From assembly GCA_964016885.1 (NCBI GenBank), contig OZ024742.1, positions 265,794,001-265,858,000 of the forward strand: a stretch of 64,000 nucleotides of DNA, written 5' to 3'. The notes under the pieces are model-generated. The model saw only the letters and a program-made list of their open reading frames with translations, had not been told where the DNA came from and made no database searches. The DNA comes from Eledone cirrhosa. Lineage: Eukaryota. Shown here piece after piece: positions 45,183-58,644 of this stretch (the first letter of the stretch is position 1; every line of letters begins with the position of its first letter). Position numbers and translations under genes: made by a program.

Positions 45183-46565
45183 AATTGTCTCTGCTGTGTG
45201 TGTGTGTCCTAATTTTTGCAAAGTCTATACAAATCCACATTTCTACTTCGAATGACTTCAAACTTGCATTTATATATTCCTTGCGGTCTAAAGATATTTA
45301 CTGCAGCTTTTATTTTTCAATTTTCTGTTGTTTAAGGGGTGTTAGGCGCCGATTATCGGTCTCTCTGTCTTTTTTAGTCTGTCTTTTTAGATAGATACAT
45401 AGCTATAACGTCGCGTCCTTATTATATCTGTCTGTATGTCTGGTTGTCTGCATTACGACAATATGACAAACATTGTTCTCATTGATGACGTATTATCTTC
45501 GCTATTTTCTGTTCATTGCCAGGGAATGTCTTCATGAACCAAAGTATCGTCTTCCTGTTTTCCTTCGGTTGCAACGTTTTTTGAAATATTTACTTCTGCG
45601 TTCATAGATTGATTTTTTTAGTTTCAGAGATCCCGTTAAGGGCGAAAGCACACGTTGTAAGCAATGTCAATGTTACTGCTGCTACATAAGATTGCCATTA
45701 CCACTGAACTTTCACCTTTGTGTTCTGCATTTCCATGGAATGGTCTTCATAGTAGTCAGTTTATTGAGGGAGAAACAGAAGGGTTTCGAATTTGCCGTCC
45801 AAAAAACCCATTGACAATAACGAAAACCGCTAACATCACGCAGAATGATACATTGTAGGTCGCTTTAACCCGTCTTTTATTAATCAAAAAACTTCTTGCC
45901 AATAAACATTAACCCTTTGTGCGCCATTCATCTAACTGTAGACCAACAAATACCAACTAAACGGAGCGTTGACAAGAACGATGGCGAATGAACTTCGAGG
46001 TAAGCAGTTTGCTTCCGAGCTGTTAGTTCACGCGGGATTCTCTGCTACACTTTTCATAATAATACCGAACAACGTACTGCTGGTCACTCCTTCCTCCAAA
46101 AGTCGTACAAAGCGGACATGTGCATCTGGCAGATAAATCGGGTGCAATTCTACACCAGGCCTACGCGAGAAATTCGCAAGCGACTGCACCGAGAGGGATA
46201 GAGAGAAAGAGTAACTTAGTGGAAAGAGTGCGAATGAACTTTTGAGGTAAGTAGCCTACGCCTTCTGTGAACTTAAACTGTGTATTTCTCTTTCACATTT
46301 ACTCCAATAGGCCAAAACAGAGTGGAAACGCCGGGGGAAAACTGTCACAGAAGAAGTATGAAAAGAAGGGACTCAACAATATTTCTATGAACAATGCACG
46401 TAGACAGCTAAACTGTACTTTCAACTTCTTAATTTTCTCCAAATAAAACAAGTTTCCTGTCGGTATATTTTCGTGAGTTTTTAACAAGCACTCACAAATA
46501 AACGTTTCTCATTGGAGGTGCTATTACCAATGTTCTTACCCATGCTACGCCGGTATACACTGCTA

Positions 46566-46566
<1 letters not shown>
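45170..46566 (+). mobile_element. Non-autonomous Helitron-like element 1
   Basis: Starts from (TA)n; ends with a degenerate GC hairpin (acccatgctacgccggt) then CTGCTAG|T. Confidence 0.55.
45455..45655 (+). mobile_element. PLE family 2 3'-terminal fragment (opposite orientation to the other copies)
   Basis: Reverse complement of 49235-49400, 55560-55730 and 58680-58850. Confidence 0.85.
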
Positions 46567-46589
<23 letters not shown>

Positions 46590-46597
<8 letters not shown>

Positions 46598-47989
46598 CAC
46601 GGAAGATGTCTGTCTGTGTGTGTGTGTGATTTTTATGCATTTCCACATTTCTCTACCGATATTGATGATTTTTTTCCAATATGCTCCAAATTTACCAACG
46701 ATGGTCAACGCGTAATAAACTTTCCCAAAACTGTCCTACTTCTATGAAAAAAATCGATAAAACTAAATACAACTGTAACCCTCCCTCTTACACGCTAATT
46801 CACTCTCTCTACTACCCAACAGCGGCAAAACTTCGTTCAGGAACGCGACATGAACTTTGAAAACTAAGCAACACATCATTTTATACAACAAACATAGTCA
46901 TAACGCTCTCTCCGTCGCTCTTCCCTCTCTCTATAATAGATCATTCCCCCTCTCTATAATAATTTAACTGCTTTACTCTCTCAATCACTCTTCCCTCACT
47001 CTATAATAGATTATTCCCCCTCTCTATAATTTAACTGCTTTACTCTCTCTGTCGCTCTTCACTCTCTATATAACAACACTGTTTTACACACCTACCTATA
47101 GTTTCTTAGCTTTGCTCTCTCCATCGCTCTTCCCTATCTCTATAATAGATTATTCCCCCTCTCTATAATTTAACTGCTGGGGGAGTAATTGGAGTTCCGT
47201 ATTGACATACGGATTTTCTGGGGTATTTTAAATCGGCTTATTGCAAATAACAACCCGCAAAATAACACTTCATATAACAGATTAATGCTATAAACATATG
47301 AATCGGAATGTTTAAATTATTTATTTTTTACGACTTTCATTGGTTAAATATTAATATGACAACACCCATAGTGTTGTACTTCTGGAAATTCTGCCGAATA
47401 CACTGCCAAGGATGAACCTTTTTCCCCTCGGCGTCAGATATCCCGTTCGATTTCCGGCGATCCCAATTCCCGGTGAGACCATGTTTTGCCATGTCCATTA
47501 ACAAGTCACAATGGCAAACATTGTCGGTGGCGGGCATCCATTTGGGGGAGCCATGCTTCTCCCATGGGTAACTTTATGTTGCCTGTTCCCGCGTAGGAAG
47601 CAGGAATGGACTTTCTGCTTACACTCTTCAAGGGATGACACGCAATATCGTCTACAAAGAGATGCTATAGATGTTGGTGCAGGTGTTGGAGGTGTTGGAT
47701 CTATGCCGTCTGGAAAACTGTTTCCTGGTAGGGTTACCCATGGCGGACAGATCTGACACCCAGCGGCATCAGGGCCACCATCTTGCAACTTTGGTCTGCT
47801 AAATTCGCTATTGGAAGATTATTAACCCATCATTGATTGTCCAAAATGCTAATTGGTTCGTAACTTTTAATAACCGGTTCAACTGCTTTAGGCACTTAAT
47901 TGATAAGCGTATTCGCTTTCAAGCCACGTTTACCTGTATGTAACTTTTCATAGCAAATGAACAAACCCGAGCAACGTGCTAAACTGCTA

Positions 47990-47990
<1 letters not shown>
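46590..47990 (+). mobile_element. Non-autonomous Helitron-like element 2 with internal ~80-bp minisatellite (46905-47178)
   Basis: 5' part resembles element 1 (tgtgtgtg...tccacatttct); ends acccgagcaacg...CTGCTAG|T. Confidence 0.55.
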
Positions 47991-48070
<80 letters not shown>

Positions 48071-48074
<4 letters not shown>

Positions 48075-48238
48075 GCAAAATTCACGACCCCGGTGGCTAG
48101 GCTCTAGCCGTTTCAACAGCTATCAAACTGTTGAAGCGGCCGGATCTCGGCCGTCGGGGTCCTCAATTCTTCATATTACACACTCTGCTATCAAGTACTC
48201 TGGTGAGTAATGGTCTAACTGGTTTTTACCGCCTCGAT

Positions 48239-48243
<5 letters not shown>
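48071..48243. repeat. Hairpin-plus-tail element, copy 1, embedded in (TA)n
   Basis: 76-nt hairpin at 48086-48161; tail agtactctggtg...atggtc...ttacc shared with 54281-54485. Confidence 0.7.
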
Positions 48244-48304
<61 letters not shown>

Positions 48305-48308
<4 letters not shown>

Positions 48309-48420
48309 ATACTTGGGAGGGTCATATTTGTGTAATAATATTGTCAGAATAAATAACAGAACACACTCACTGTTTGGTTGGTTTTCGCTTCTGTGTCATT
48401 TATATCGGTTAATTTAATTT
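48305..48420 (+). mobile_element. Solitary terminus of a MITE related to 28967-29733
   Basis: ATAT|TGTTATACTTGGGAGGGTCAT, followed by aacacac...ttggtttt as in the 28967 TIR; no partner TIR found. Confidence 0.6.
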
Positions 48421-48515
48421 ATTCGGTCCTCAATGTTACCATTGACTGACCAACAGTCAAAAGTCCAGACATAATATAGACACAAACACATATATATAGT
48501 CTAACAAAGTTCTTT

Positions 48516-48581
<66 letters not shown>

Positions 48582-49061
48582 TATGTATACGTACATACAT
48601 ATATGTATACAGACGTACAGTAGTATGTATATATATATACATACATACACACATATATATATGTACGTATGGGTTTACCGAACATTTATTATAATGCTCG
48701 GTGTGTTTGTAAACAAACAGCCCGAATTAAGCCGCACAGTGTTTACCAACCATCGTTGCCCTTTTGTTCAACACTGACAAAGGAACGATGTACTAGTTTC
48801 AAGCTTATTAGCTATCGTCAGCACCGTATACCTTTTTGCCAGATGATTGAACGTCTGAAAGTATATACTTTCCTTATGCACATTAACGACTGAGCAGCCT
48901 AATTTGCATATCGAGTGAGTTAGTCGGCCGGGCGCACCGAAAACGATAAATGGAAAAAAATGAAACGAAATTTCATTTCTCACTCTTAGTACGGCACTTA
49001 CTTAAATATAAGTATGTATATATATATACGTACATACATATATGTATACAGAGGTACAGTA

Positions 49062-49181
<120 letters not shown>

Positions 49182-49229
49182 GCACACATATATATATATG
49201 CACGTATCGGTTTACCGAACATTTATTAT

Positions 49230-52200
49230 AACGCTGCTTTCACCCGTAACGGGATCTTCTAAAACTAAAAATTCAATCTGTGAAGGCAGAAGTAAATATT
49301 TCGTAAAACGTTGCAACCGAAGGAAAACAAGAGGACGTTACTTTGGTTCGTGAAGACGTTCCCTGGCAATGAACGGAAAAAACGAAGATAATACGTCGTT
49401 ATGTGGACGCTGCGAACAAATACACGCAAAGACAAAACCACGTTTATTGTATAATTGGAATCATTAGACTAATATTCTATTTAGGAAACCGAATGATTCT
49501 CGGCTTCGGAGTTAAGAATAATGTAAATAAATTAGTTGAACGAAAATGACAGAGGTCATTAAAATCATAAAAGTAATAATAATTAAATATATACATACAT
49601 ATACGTGCATACGGGAAAACACACACCATACATGCATATACAAGCACGTACACATAATCACGCGCACACGTGCGTAAACCCGCGCGACACATGTACCCGA
49701 ACACATACGAACGTATACACCAAATAGACATATAAAAATAAGCGTATATAAATATACACACATAAATACGTATATAACGCACACACACACACACACACAC
49801 ATACCTACAGGTAAATACACCAAACGTACATATACCAAAACCCAATGTACACATATACACACCTTACATATGTGCAAACACACATACACGCATACAAATA
49901 TACACACACAAACACGAAATACACATATGCACATAACATTATACACACATACCAGTATATATAATATATACACCTATAACAAATACAAGCATATATACGT
50001 ACGAGAAAGTATACGTACCTCCACAAAACATATGGGTAAGGTATACTTACCTATACAAATATGAAATGGTATATATTTAAAATATACTCAGCTACCACAT
50101 CAAGATGTAAATTATCCGCGTATTGTTCGTACTATCCGTTAGGGTATAATGTGGGGCTGTAATACAAGAAAGTTTTATGCAATTTGTGTTTACAAGCCGA
50201 AATTACCTCAGATTTTTTGTTTAAGATGTGATCATTGGCGTAAAGTATTTCTAGGGCTTCAGTGGCGCAAAGATCGTATGGTCTTTTATTTCCATTATAC
50301 GATGTAGCCTTAGCTAGGATCTCCCAGTGTAACCTATATTGGGTGTGTTTGTCTTTTAGACTCTAGATATAATCTGAAATTGACGTCTTATTCTTTCTTA
50401 AATGGTTAAGAAAAGAATGGGTGTGCATGTAAAGGAGCTGCTTGAATCTATTGGCTGTTAACCCTATGTAGGTCCTACTAGAAGTGGGTGTTTCGACGTT
50501 ACATTTGTAGACAATGTTGCTGGAGAGGCATTTCCCGGATAGAGGGCAGTCAACCCGATTCATACAATTACAGTTAGTACTAGCTACAGGGTTGCACGTG
50601 TTACTACGGCTAGGTAATTTAGCTAATTTGAAGCAGTGATGTTATATGCAAGGTTAGGAGTAAGATATTTTAACGGTGGCACTATTAAACATTTTATTAT
50701 ATTTATGTGCTGAGGTGAAATGCTTCTTAATAAGGGAGAGAAAGATTTTAGTTAATGGTGTGGCCACCTCCATATTATATAGTGGGTTATACTATGTAAT
50801 ACGTCGGGATATGTTTTCCCTTGGTCTATGCTCATACTTAGTATATGCTACCTTATCGACAAATCCATTCCGAGTAAGAACTTCATTGTAATATGTGGAC
50901 TGGTCGGTGAAAATATGCTCGTTTGTAGATATACGGGAAAGCCTCAAAGAAACGTTTCTTACCAGGTTCTTGGTTATGCTGGTAGGATGGCTAGAATACT
51001 TACTGATGCAATTAAGCGTACCATTCGGCTTTCTATATGAGTAGTGCTAGCCATTCAACAAATTGAGGGTAACATCGAGGTAGTTTACGACCGAAAGGTT
51101 GGCCTCAACTTGTATGGAGGGGTTGAAGCCTTTAAAGAAGGTTATGAGTTATTTTCTAAACCTGTCTCAAGCACGGAGACTGCACTTTGTCATGATCAAA
51201 AGATCGTCATCGCGGTACAAACCGCCGCCCACATTAGAGAATTCTTCCTTGATAGAGAAAAAAGGAAAAGGCCGGTAAGATCTGTAACCTCCGCCGAATC
51301 GCTGGCGCACATACTCACGTCGAATGCGGTACTATTAGATTTTTTTATCCAAGTGGAGTCGTCGAAATTAATCCCCGACTTACGGGCATTGAGGATGACA
51401 TCAACTTCGAAATCCTTATCCACCGTGAGCGTTTTAGCGAAATTGATAGCTCTAAGAAGAAATGGTAAAGTAATGGAGGAGTAGTAGTTATTGATGTCGA
51501 ATTGGATAAAACGGCAATGTTCCTTGTTGCGTATGCCATTGAACCAATCAATCACCGCGAAAGAATTATTCCACAGTGCAAGAGGGCCAAGCTTCTAATT
51601 TCAGGTATAATTCTATTTAAAATCCGTTTACTAAGTCTACCTAAATCAGATTTCGTAGGGTTAATTTGCCGAATAGAAGGGTAGTTAGCGAAATTGGGTT
51701 TGTGATCCTTCATGGTAAAGTGGGGAGAAATAGGGTCCAGAGGTTCGGTCCGGTCCTGGATGTTGAGTTCTGAAGTGACTTTAAACCCAGCATCGTTGAT
51801 GTCATTAATGACACTCCGATCCGTTTTCCGGTAATCCTTGGTTAAGTAGCAGTCGATGGTAAGTACTGCACTCCACTTGATATAGATTATCAGTTTTGTC
51901 GGAGTGGACGTGTACGGCCTTAGAATCCTTAATAGAACAAATTCTATTCTTCAGGTCCTGTTGGAAGGGATTGTTTCTTTTCCGAAATTTGATACTCCGT
52001 ATGAGTTCCAAGACATCATTTTCTAAAGGTAACAAACCTGGGTTACTCGGAGGGTTATTATAAGTTTTAAACCCAAATTTATCCTGTTTATTGTCCGCTT
52101 TTTCTTGGTTATCAAAATAAAAGGCATTCCAACGCAACCTTTTAAGGAACGAATCCGTTTTTTGTATAAGAAGTGTTAAATATGTCTTCCTGCTGGGTAC

Positions 52201-52265
52201 GGGTATGTTCTTTGTAGAAACATTGTTTCTGAATGTTGAATATAAGTCAATAGAGTGCTCAACCG
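49230..52265 (-). mobile_element. Near full-length, frameshifted Penelope-like element, family 2
   Basis: N-terminus STKNIPVPS...FLKRLRW...DKTDNLY (51805-52296); RT FIQFDINNYY...FDVSM...DSAEVTDL (51196-51555); GGGLYRDD at ~51205-51230 in another frame; GIY-YIG CPLSGKCL..NIVYKC..YIGLT (50363-50563); ~0.9-kb 3' region. Confidence 0.9.
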
Positions 52266-52266
52266 A

Positions 52267-52299
<33 letters not shown>

Positions 52300-53367
52300 T
52301 ATATTGTTATTTTTCTTAAATTTGTCAGTACTAATGTAACGGACGTGTTATCTCTTCTCCCCTCACGTATTACTCATTTTTAACACAATAACTTACTTTC
52401 TTTTTCTTGCTTTTTTTCTTCCTATCTTTTTTCTTTGTTTTATTCATGACTCTCGTGCTATAAAATTCTATGTGTGCTTGTAGCTTAATTGCTATAAATT
52501 AATGTTTTGTCTCTTGTCTCTTACTCCACTAGACAGCATTTGGCTTGTGTCAAACGCTATGATCCCGGGCGGGCCAGCAGTACCGTTGCCAAAATCCACC
52601 TCAACGCCCGATGACCCTGGAGTTCTGTGTTTTTCCTTTGTATTTTTAATTTTTTTTAATAATTTTTCAAGGTTTCCCCATAAAAATGTTTTTTCGATCG
52701 TAGTATTATCGTCTCTTTGTTGTTTTTTTTAAGTTTATATATATATATATATACATATATGGGGGTAGGAGAGAGGAGAAGATGAGCTGGTGAATGGTAG
52801 AGGACACGAGTTGTTGGTAGCCAGGAGTGGAGTCGGGGGATAAAGGGTGGTAAAAAAGGGTATCGTGATAGAGATCAACGCTCCAAACCCTCTACAGCGT
52901 CACCTTTGTCATACCCTAAATAGAGCTATTAAATTAAAAACGTATTTGGAAAGAAAACAACGATCTAGAGGGTCTCAACTATTGACGTGCCCCTCTGAAA
53001 GACCAGACGTGGGTGTTATCGAATTTTCATGGAGTTTTAAGATTAAAGAGCATCCAAAGTCCAAATATGAATTTACAGAAAATCTTTTCGAGGGGGTGAA
53101 CAAATATTTCATCAGATTATATTTTCAGATTACAGCTTGGTATTCCGAATAGAATTGAAGCCGCTTTATCAGCCAAAAACGGTTATATTGATTATTAGAT
53201 AGAAAAATTAACTTAGAATCAGAAATTAATGAAATGTGCAACACAAAATACCTAAATTTAGATAAACATCTAAAAGAGGCATAGAAATGTATCATACTTT
53301 ATGCGTATTCTGAAAAAATATTAGATGAAATGCAAACGTGCTTAAAATGAGTGTACAGTAGTGTGTG

Positions 53368-53473
<106 letters not shown>

Positions 53474-53479
53474 CATGTA

Positions 53480-53528
<49 letters not shown>

Positions 53529-53859
53529 GGGTCTATGTGTGACTGCTTTTATTCTCTGACATATTTCCTTGTTTACTTCTTTATATGCAAGGTGAATAAC
53601 ACCACAGAATTATTTAAAATAAATAGTGATTACCACAAACACACAGAAAAGAACCAATAAAATTAGAAAACACAGGATCAGTAAACATGTAGTCAGCTGT
53701 TACATCGCCTGAGTAAATATCCAATGAGATGTAGTTATATGAATATTTCAATTACATCACGTGATGACCCAGATTTTTGCGATCCATCAATTCATTTCTA
53801 TAGAAATATGAATATATATATACATATCATATAAATATATATAAATATGTGTCCAGTAC

Positions 53860-54515
<656 letters not shown>

Positions 54516-54659
54516 CGCGCTCTGATCGATCGACAAGATCCCAGACCTCACTCGCTTGCCTAGTGGGGTGGGCCTCGTCAAATCGGGCGAAGAAAACGAT
54601 GTTTCCATAATCTTTCCATTAATCTTTCCATTGTTGATATTATCTACCGGTCGGAACTC

Positions 54660-54785
54660 CTAGCAGAAAGAGCAACGTGAAATAGATTGTCTTGCTCAAG
54701 GACACAACACATCACCCGGTTAGAGAATTGAACTCGCAACATCACGATTGCGAATCCAACTCTCTAACCACTAAGTCACGCGTGG
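54660..54785 (-). mobile_element. SINE family B head
   Basis: gagcaacgtgaaata...tgtcttgctcaaggacacaacacatcacccggt...ctctaaccactaagtcacgcg matches the 27.6 kb copy. Confidence 0.75.
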
Positions 54786-54943
<158 letters not shown>

Positions 54944-55054
54944 TAGCGAAAGATAACAGCGGCAAAAATTTTCCTATAAATCAGTGCGTTGAACATAAAT
55001 GTGGCCTTTGTTCCTATGGATTACGCATACATCACCTTGTCACATTCGCCACAG

Positions 55055-55174
55055 GAAATGCAGGAGACCAGTCCCTGACTTGTCAGAAGAATCCTATGAA
55101 TCAATTAAGCTGCATTTTAGAAATGAATCCTATAAAATTTATAAAAGCAAGCAAATATCACAATTACCGCATAG
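55055..55174 (+). other. Candidate 120-bp spliced exon of an unidentified host gene
   Basis: Acceptor ...cattcgccacag|G, donor AG|GTGAGT, length divisible by 3, two stop-free frames, non-repetitive sequence. Confidence 0.25.
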
Positions 55175-55527
55175 GTGAGTCATTTTAATCATTTAAGATC
55201 ACACATAATTGTTGATTATACTATATACTGTATATCATTTATTTGTTGATGTCAAAATTTACGTCACGATGTCAATGGCTAGGTTGCTGACATGACGAGG
55301 AAAATATCGGCACCAAGAAATAAATGATTTCTATGTATATAAAGTATCATTAGCAGTTTTTCCAGTGTTTTTCAATAGCGAAAATGACACATTGTGTCTT
55401 ACGCAATTTTCCAAATCAACTATTTATAGCAGTCAGCTGTGGTTAGAGTAAATTTCTGCGTTTGGGATTTCTACATTTTCTAATAATAGATAATATAATA
55501 TATATATATATATATTTATTTTTTTAA

Positions 55528-55885
55528 ATAACAAATTAAAGTTTAAGCAAAGAATCGCTGCTTTCACCCTTAACGGGATCTTCTGAAATTAAAAAATTCA
55601 ATCTGTGAACGCAGAAGTAAATATTTCGAAAAACCTTGCAACCGAAGGAAAACAGGAAGACGACACTTTGGTTCGTGAAGACGTTCCCTGGCAATGAACG
55701 GAAAAAAGCGAAGATAATACGCCGTTATGTGGAGCGATGAGAACAAATACACGCAAAGACAAAACCACATTTATGGTATAAATGAAGTCATAGACTAATA
55801 TTCTATTTAGGAAACCGAATGATTCTCGGTTTCAGAATTAAGAATAATGTAAATAAATTAGTAGAACGAAAATGACAGAGGTTAT
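55528..55885 (-). mobile_element. PLE family 2 3'-terminal copy with hammerhead-like motif (55539-55590)
   Basis: Aligns by eye to 49235-49560 and 58650-58925. Confidence 0.85.
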
Positions 55886-55896
55886 TATTATATATA

Positions 55897-56178
55897 TACG
55901 CTACAGAGAGTGGTCACGGAGCGTCGATGCCGTCTGGCTGGCCATATTCTGCGTCTGCCAAATAAACGGCATTCGAAAACAGCGATGAACTGGACTCCGC
56001 CTGGCGCTAAACGGATGCGGGGTTGCCCAAGGATCACCTGGCGACGAACGTTCTGGAAGGACCTGATGGCAGCCAACATCACCTGGCACGGTCTCGAAAA
56101 AGTTGCCGCTGATCGTGACCGTTGGCGAGTACTTACTGCTCGATGCGCCGAACGGCGCGGAAGAATCTAAGACTAAGA
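55897..56178 (+). mobile_element. 3' end of an RTE-like LINE with (CTAAGA) tail
   Basis: RRCRLAGHILRLP...AMNWTP.GAKRMRGCPRITWRRT...AADRDRWR, stop codon, then ctaagactaaga. Confidence 0.8.
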
Positions 56179-56759
56179 TATTATCTATTATTCTCCAGTC
56201 TCCTTCTCATCAAGGAAGATGGAAAAAAACTCACCTTTTAATTTTAAATCTTTAATTTTTAGTTTTTAATTCTTATTAATTCTTTTTAATTACTCAACAC
56301 GTGATAAGAGGAATTTTAATAATACATCGAAACCGGTAATACTTTATATACTTTATATACATTATAAAACTCTTTTCTAAAAGAATTGTCCCTCTCACTT
56401 TTTCAATAATGTCACTTTGACAAACAGACCCTAAAATATATTTTCCGTGCTATTTCCAGCTTCACATTTTCTCTATAACCACTTTTTTGTATAGAACCAT
56501 AGTTCCCTTTTCTAATATATATGATGTTTTGTCTGTTTTCAGTCGTCAGAATGAGTAAATAACATGGTGTGTTTATTAAATATGGATTTGGAAACAAAAT
56601 TTAGGAAATATGAAAGTGAGGCTGAAAAAACGGGCAAAAATGATTGAGGGAAAAAATATACAAATAAATATCCAGAACATAAACATACACACACTCAACC
56701 ACGCGCATATACGTAATAGTACGAAGACGTATACTTTCTCACATAAGCGTATTTGCAAT

Positions 56760-56900
56760 ATATGGAAGGGATATATTAGGTTAACGCTTGTTATTGCAGG
56801 AAGAGATTTTAACGTTTCGATTTTAACGTTTCGATTTTAACGTTTCTTCACCGGAAGAAAGAATGAGAAATAAAATAGATTGAGAGGACGGGCGGGATGG
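56760..56900 (-). mobile_element. Short remnant related to 36300-36440, with a triplicated GAAACGTTAAAATC segment
   Basis: The reverse complement shares gaaacgttaa..tctcttcctgc...aagcgttaa.ctaatatat.ccttcc with 36357-36412. Confidence 0.6.
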
Positions 56901-56987
56901 AATTGGAAAAAATGTCTTTAGATAAAAATAACAGGTCCATTCATGTTGACATCTCTTATATACATATATATATATATATACACACAC

Positions 56988-57111
<124 letters not shown>

Positions 57112-57119
57112 TATATATA

Positions 57120-57425
57120 TAGGAGTGTCGTGTGGCATAAGCTTCAGAACAGCTGTCTCCAATTGATCCAGTTGGATCCCCAAGCGAGACCAGCCGAGCT
57201 TATTGATGTTATCCAACCATGTTGCTTGTGTTCTACCTTTCCTTCTCCAACCAGTTAGCTTTGACCAGTTAGCAACATCTGGCCAGCGATTCTTTCCTTA
57301 AACATCAAAAACACATATCTGTCGTACCAGAGTTGTGATCTCATGATCCGGAGAAGTAGCGGTTCTACATGGAGCGACTCCCTGATCTCCGAGCTACGCA
57401 TCCAACGTATGTATTGTTTCAAGTA
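57120..57425 (-). mobile_element. RTE-like LINE C-terminal fragment
   Basis: RSSEIRESLHVEPLLLRIMRSQLW...M..ERIA in ORF 57255-57536. Confidence 0.7.
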
Positions 57426-58288
57426 TAGGCGTCTTAAGTAAATATGCTTTCCTGAGTACAGTGTGTGTGTGTATATATACGTATGTATATTTATCAAAAA
57501 TACTTTTGAAACAATTATTTTGAGAGGCTCTCTCAAGCATTTTTTTTAAATGTTCTTTTTAAAGGGTTTTTATTTTCAATTGGTCTTTTTTGAAATGTGT
57601 TTTTTAAGGTATTTTGAGGGTGTATTTTTCTGAAACGTTTTTTTGAAATGTTTTTCCATATTTTTTTTAATTCTTTCTAAGTATTCGCTGCACATTTAAT
57701 ATTTACTGTGATTGTAGCATATAATACAGTTGCAGGTGTGTATGTGATTGTTGTGTGTATATACGTGCCCATATGTATCATGCCTGCTGCACGAACATGG
57801 ACATGGGTGTAGGCGTTTGCAGGCTGCGGCAGGGCGCGAGCGTTTCAACCATACAACCCCTTACCTCCTACAATAGTAATTCCGCTAAAAGAAACAACTT
57901 TGATTGACAGGTGACATATGAAAGGAACCAGATAAATGACGACCATGAGTGGCCAAAAATACCGATGACGTGTACAATTCTTGGTCACTCATTGACAGAC
58001 AACAACAGGATACAAGCTGATGAGCGAAGGCCGCGGGAATAACTGGACATTTGGAAACTCTGCTTCGAAGAATCGAGACGTATCTGAGGATCTTGCGATT
58101 TCAGAGTCAGGTTCGACCATCGCATCGAACGTGCCTGGAGCTGGTCGCCAGAGAAGCGATTGTAATATGTCTAATAAATTTTAATTCGTCGCACCACTGA
58201 TTCTCCGTTTCTTATGTGATATTATTCTGTAAGAGCATCGAGTGCTCAAACGGCTTACCGCTTACGGACGCTTTAAGCATCCCACACC

Positions 58289-58349
<61 letters not shown>

Positions 58350-58586
58350 CAAGATTAAATTAAGGGTGTCATGTCTGAGAAACATCCGCCAAACCCTCTG
58401 TAGAATAAGCTCAAAGATTCTAAGGGATAAATCCGAGCATTTATGAGCATTCAATTAAAAATCGATTGACATATATATATATAAAATAAACACATCAAAC
58501 AATCACAGGGGATGATTTGTAAAGAGTGTAAACACAGATAGTTACGTAGGTAACAAATTAAAATTTAACGAGAGCCTAATTGAATG

Positions 58587-58638
<52 letters not shown>

Positions 58639-58644
58639 TATTTA

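Noticed and set aside
53715-53770. ccaatga-gatgtagtt...aattacatc as a hammerhead
   Set aside because: GAAA is absent and the core is doubly mutated; insufficient support.
58017-58265. CTGATGA at 58017 and ctgtaa-gagca...tgctc-aaac at ~58227 as hammerheads
   Set aside because: Each lacks an intact GAAA or core and a closing stem I.
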